Part shown: positions 43,447 through 44,465 of the stretch, piece after piece
How positions within the stretch are numbered: the first letter of the stretch is position 1
Layout of the letters: the number at the start of each line of letters is the position of its first letter
Source of the DNA: a virus
IMG/VR virus record: IMGVR_UViG_3300011435_000008
Location: 1-44,465 of that record
Strand: one strand, 5' to 3'
Length of the DNA: 44,465 nucleotides
Position numbers and translations under genes: made by a program
The notes under the pieces: model-generated
What the model saw: only the letters and a program-made list of their open reading frames with translations
Told to the model about the DNA's origin: nothing
The model's database searches: none

Positions 43447-43649
43447 AAAAAAGCTATACCATGCGCATAAATGAGGAGGTCCTGGCCCAGCTGGAGGTCG
43501 AGGCCGTGCGCCAGAACCGTACCGTAGCTAACCTGGTGGACACTATCCTAAAAAAATATTTTGCCGAAAATTTGGTGGTTACGTTACCGCAACCTATATT
43601 TGTGGAACAAAAGCAAACAAATGAAAAAAATCACCCGCACCACAGTTAA
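43443..43649 (+). CDS. Ribbon-helix-helix (CopG/Arc-like) DNA-binding protein whose 3' end runs through promoter cassette copy 10.
   Basis: MRINEEVLAQLEVEAVRQNRTVANLVDTILKKYF has the strand-helix-helix pattern of RHH repressors. The C-terminal LVVTLPQPIFVEQKQTN is the translated cassette. Confidence 0.5.
   Translation: MKKSYTMRINEEVLAQLEVEAVRQNRTVANLVDTILKKYFAENLVVTLPQPIFVEQKQTNEKNHPHHS
43571..43620 (+). promoter_or_regulatory. Promoter cassette copy 10 (-33 43571-43574, -7 43595-43602), embedded in the 3' end of the RHH ORF.
   Basis: TTTGGTGGTTACGTTACCGCAACCTATATTTGTGGAACAAAAGCAAACAA followed by ATG at 43621. Confidence 0.8.
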
Positions 43650-43914
43650 GACCTTCATTAAGAAAAACCAGGCCGACCTTTACATTAACGTAAAAAGCGC
43701 ATTTTCCGGCATGACCGACGGCTGCGAGTGCGTCCACGGCGGTTTTAAAATGGCCTACGGCACGCTAGCAAACCTGGACGAGACGCTGGGCGTTGAAGGT
43801 GCCTGGTTTGTAGGCTCCAGCCGCGACTACTTCACGGCCTACGAGGACAGTATTTTCACAGGCATAGAGGTTTATAACAGCTGCGGCAAGTTTATACTGG
43901 CCGTTAAAAAATAA
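43621..43914 (+). CDS. Hypothetical early protein (97 aa).
   Basis: ATG after the cassette leader (MKKITRTTVKTFIKKNQADLY...). Confidence 0.7.
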   Translation: MKKITRTTVKTFIKKNQADLYINVKSAFSGMTDGCECVHGGFKMAYGTLANLDETLGVEGAWFVGSSRDYFTAYEDSIFTGIEVYNSCGKFILAVKK

Positions 43915-43925
43915 TTTACTAACCA

Positions 43926-43950
43926 GGGCTACCCGGCCAACGGGTGGCCC
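43926..43950 (+). terminator. 10-bp hairpin GGGCTACCCG-gccaa-CGGGTGGCCC with a weak T tract.
   Basis: Read directly; one G-T pair; followed by ttaatt. Confidence 0.4.
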
Positions 43951-43963
43951 TTAATTCAAACCC

Positions 43964-44305
43964 ATGACAAGAGAGGAGCAAAAAATCAACAGTCAGTTTA
44001 ATGAAATGCTACGCCGCCACGGCCACGCACTGGTCGAGGAAACGCCAGCGCCCAGGTATGCCAACGACCGCCTATACGGGGCGCACCGTTTTGGCCTGGA
44101 CCCGGCCCTGGTAGTTGAGTACCACAGGGGCCAGTACTACGACCGCATACTGCTAAGGACCCGCGCAGCTGCCGACCAGGTAACGGCCAGGGTAAAGCAT
44201 GGCACGGTAGAGGGCGGCCTGCTAAAGGGCATGATACTGGGCCGCCAGGTGCAAAGGCCTGACCCGGACCGCCAGGAGGCTGTATTTATTGAGGTCTATG
44301 TATAA
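43964..44305 (+). CDS. Hypothetical protein (113 aa).
   Basis: ATG ORF. Its stop overlaps the start of the junction-spanning gene. Confidence 0.65.
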   Translation: MTREEQKINSQFNEMLRRHGHALVEETPAPRYANDRLYGAHRFGLDPALVVEYHRGQYYDRILLRTRAAADQVTARVKHGTVEGGLLKGMILGRQVQRPDPDRQEAVFIEVYV

Positions 44306-44465
44306 GCTGACCGTGCAAATAAGGGCCAACGGGGCACGCACTACGCCGCGCTACCACTACCGGGTCGTGGACCTGGAGACGGGGCGCGTCGTAAGTGAGC
44401 GTAAAAGTAATAGGCGCTACGTAGCTGCCACCCTGGACAGCCGCCACTACTTTAGCCGGGTGGAC
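44298..44465 (+). CDS. 5' part of a small early protein that spans the circular junction and continues as 124-213 of the left end. Hypothetical; paralog of 277..537.
   Basis: ATG at 44298 overlaps the stop of the upstream ORF (ATGTATAA). The frame stays open into the terminal repeat and joins the frame of ORF 25..213. Translation MYKLTVQIRANGARTTPRYHYRVVDLETGRVVSERKSNRRY... Confidence 0.7.
   Translation, partial: MYKLTVQIRANGARTTPRYHYRVVDLETGRVVSERKSNRRYVAATLDSRHYFSRVD
44343..44465. repeat. Terminal direct repeat, right copy.
   Basis: Identical to 1-123. Confidence 0.95.

Noticed and set aside
1-44465. Very frequent CCAGG/CCTGG and CTGGAC strings as a possible over-represented motif.
   Set aside because: Plausibly a by-product of codon preference (CTG-GAC, CCA-GGC). 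I cannot quantify enrichment by eye. It needs a k-mer observed/expected calculation before any claim.

Overview
The window looks like a complete, circularly closed dsDNA tailed-phage genome. The first 123 nt (1-123) recur exactly at 44343-44465, so the unique length is about 44,342 bp, and one small gene spans the junction. All genes but two are on the + strand.

Reading order:
- Small early genes (42407 -> wrap -> 3380).
- HK97-like head module: portal 3420, prohead protease 4761, major capsid 5606.
- Long-tail module: candidate tail tube 8487, two chaperone-position genes, tape measure 10482, large distal tail proteins and fibres to 23779.
- Two small membrane proteins (holin-like) at 23851-24220.
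- A two-gene minus-strand regulatory unit (24272-24674) with a divergent promoter region.
- Replication module: DUF2800-like PD-(D/E)XK nuclease, DUF2815-like protein, family-A DNA polymerase, HNH-like endonuclease, VirE-type primase/helicase, VRR-NUC, SNF2 helicase.
- terS (34885), more small genes, a four-enzyme sugar-modification cassette (36583-40595), then terL (40573) and a 0.4-kb non-coding stretch of tandem hairpin/T-run terminators.

Promoters match the Bacteroidota -33 TTTG / -7 TAnnTTTG architecture, and genes lack Shine-Dalgarno sequences (A-rich leaders), so the host is probably a Bacteroidota bacterium. No integrase, tRNA, CRISPR array or reverse transcriptase was seen.

Most notable observations:
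1. A roughly 50-nt promoter+leader cassette is present in 10 near-identical copies, with an invariant 20-nt spacer and conservation well beyond the sigma consensus.
2. I found no GATC anywhere in a manual scan.
3. A phage-borne glycan cassette (DUF616-like, GT2, NDP-sugar C-methyltransferase-like, Stealth-like) is wedged between terS and terL.
4. An iteron array (CTGCAAC/GTTGCAG) lies downstream of the primase.
5. Two perfect DnaA boxes sit in a conserved 14-nt extension upstream of two cassette copies.
6. A family of terminator hairpins shares a CGTTTCTAC loop.
7. Three consecutive tail-module genes carry Sec-type signal peptides.

All functional calls come from motif recognition by eye. No database search was possible.
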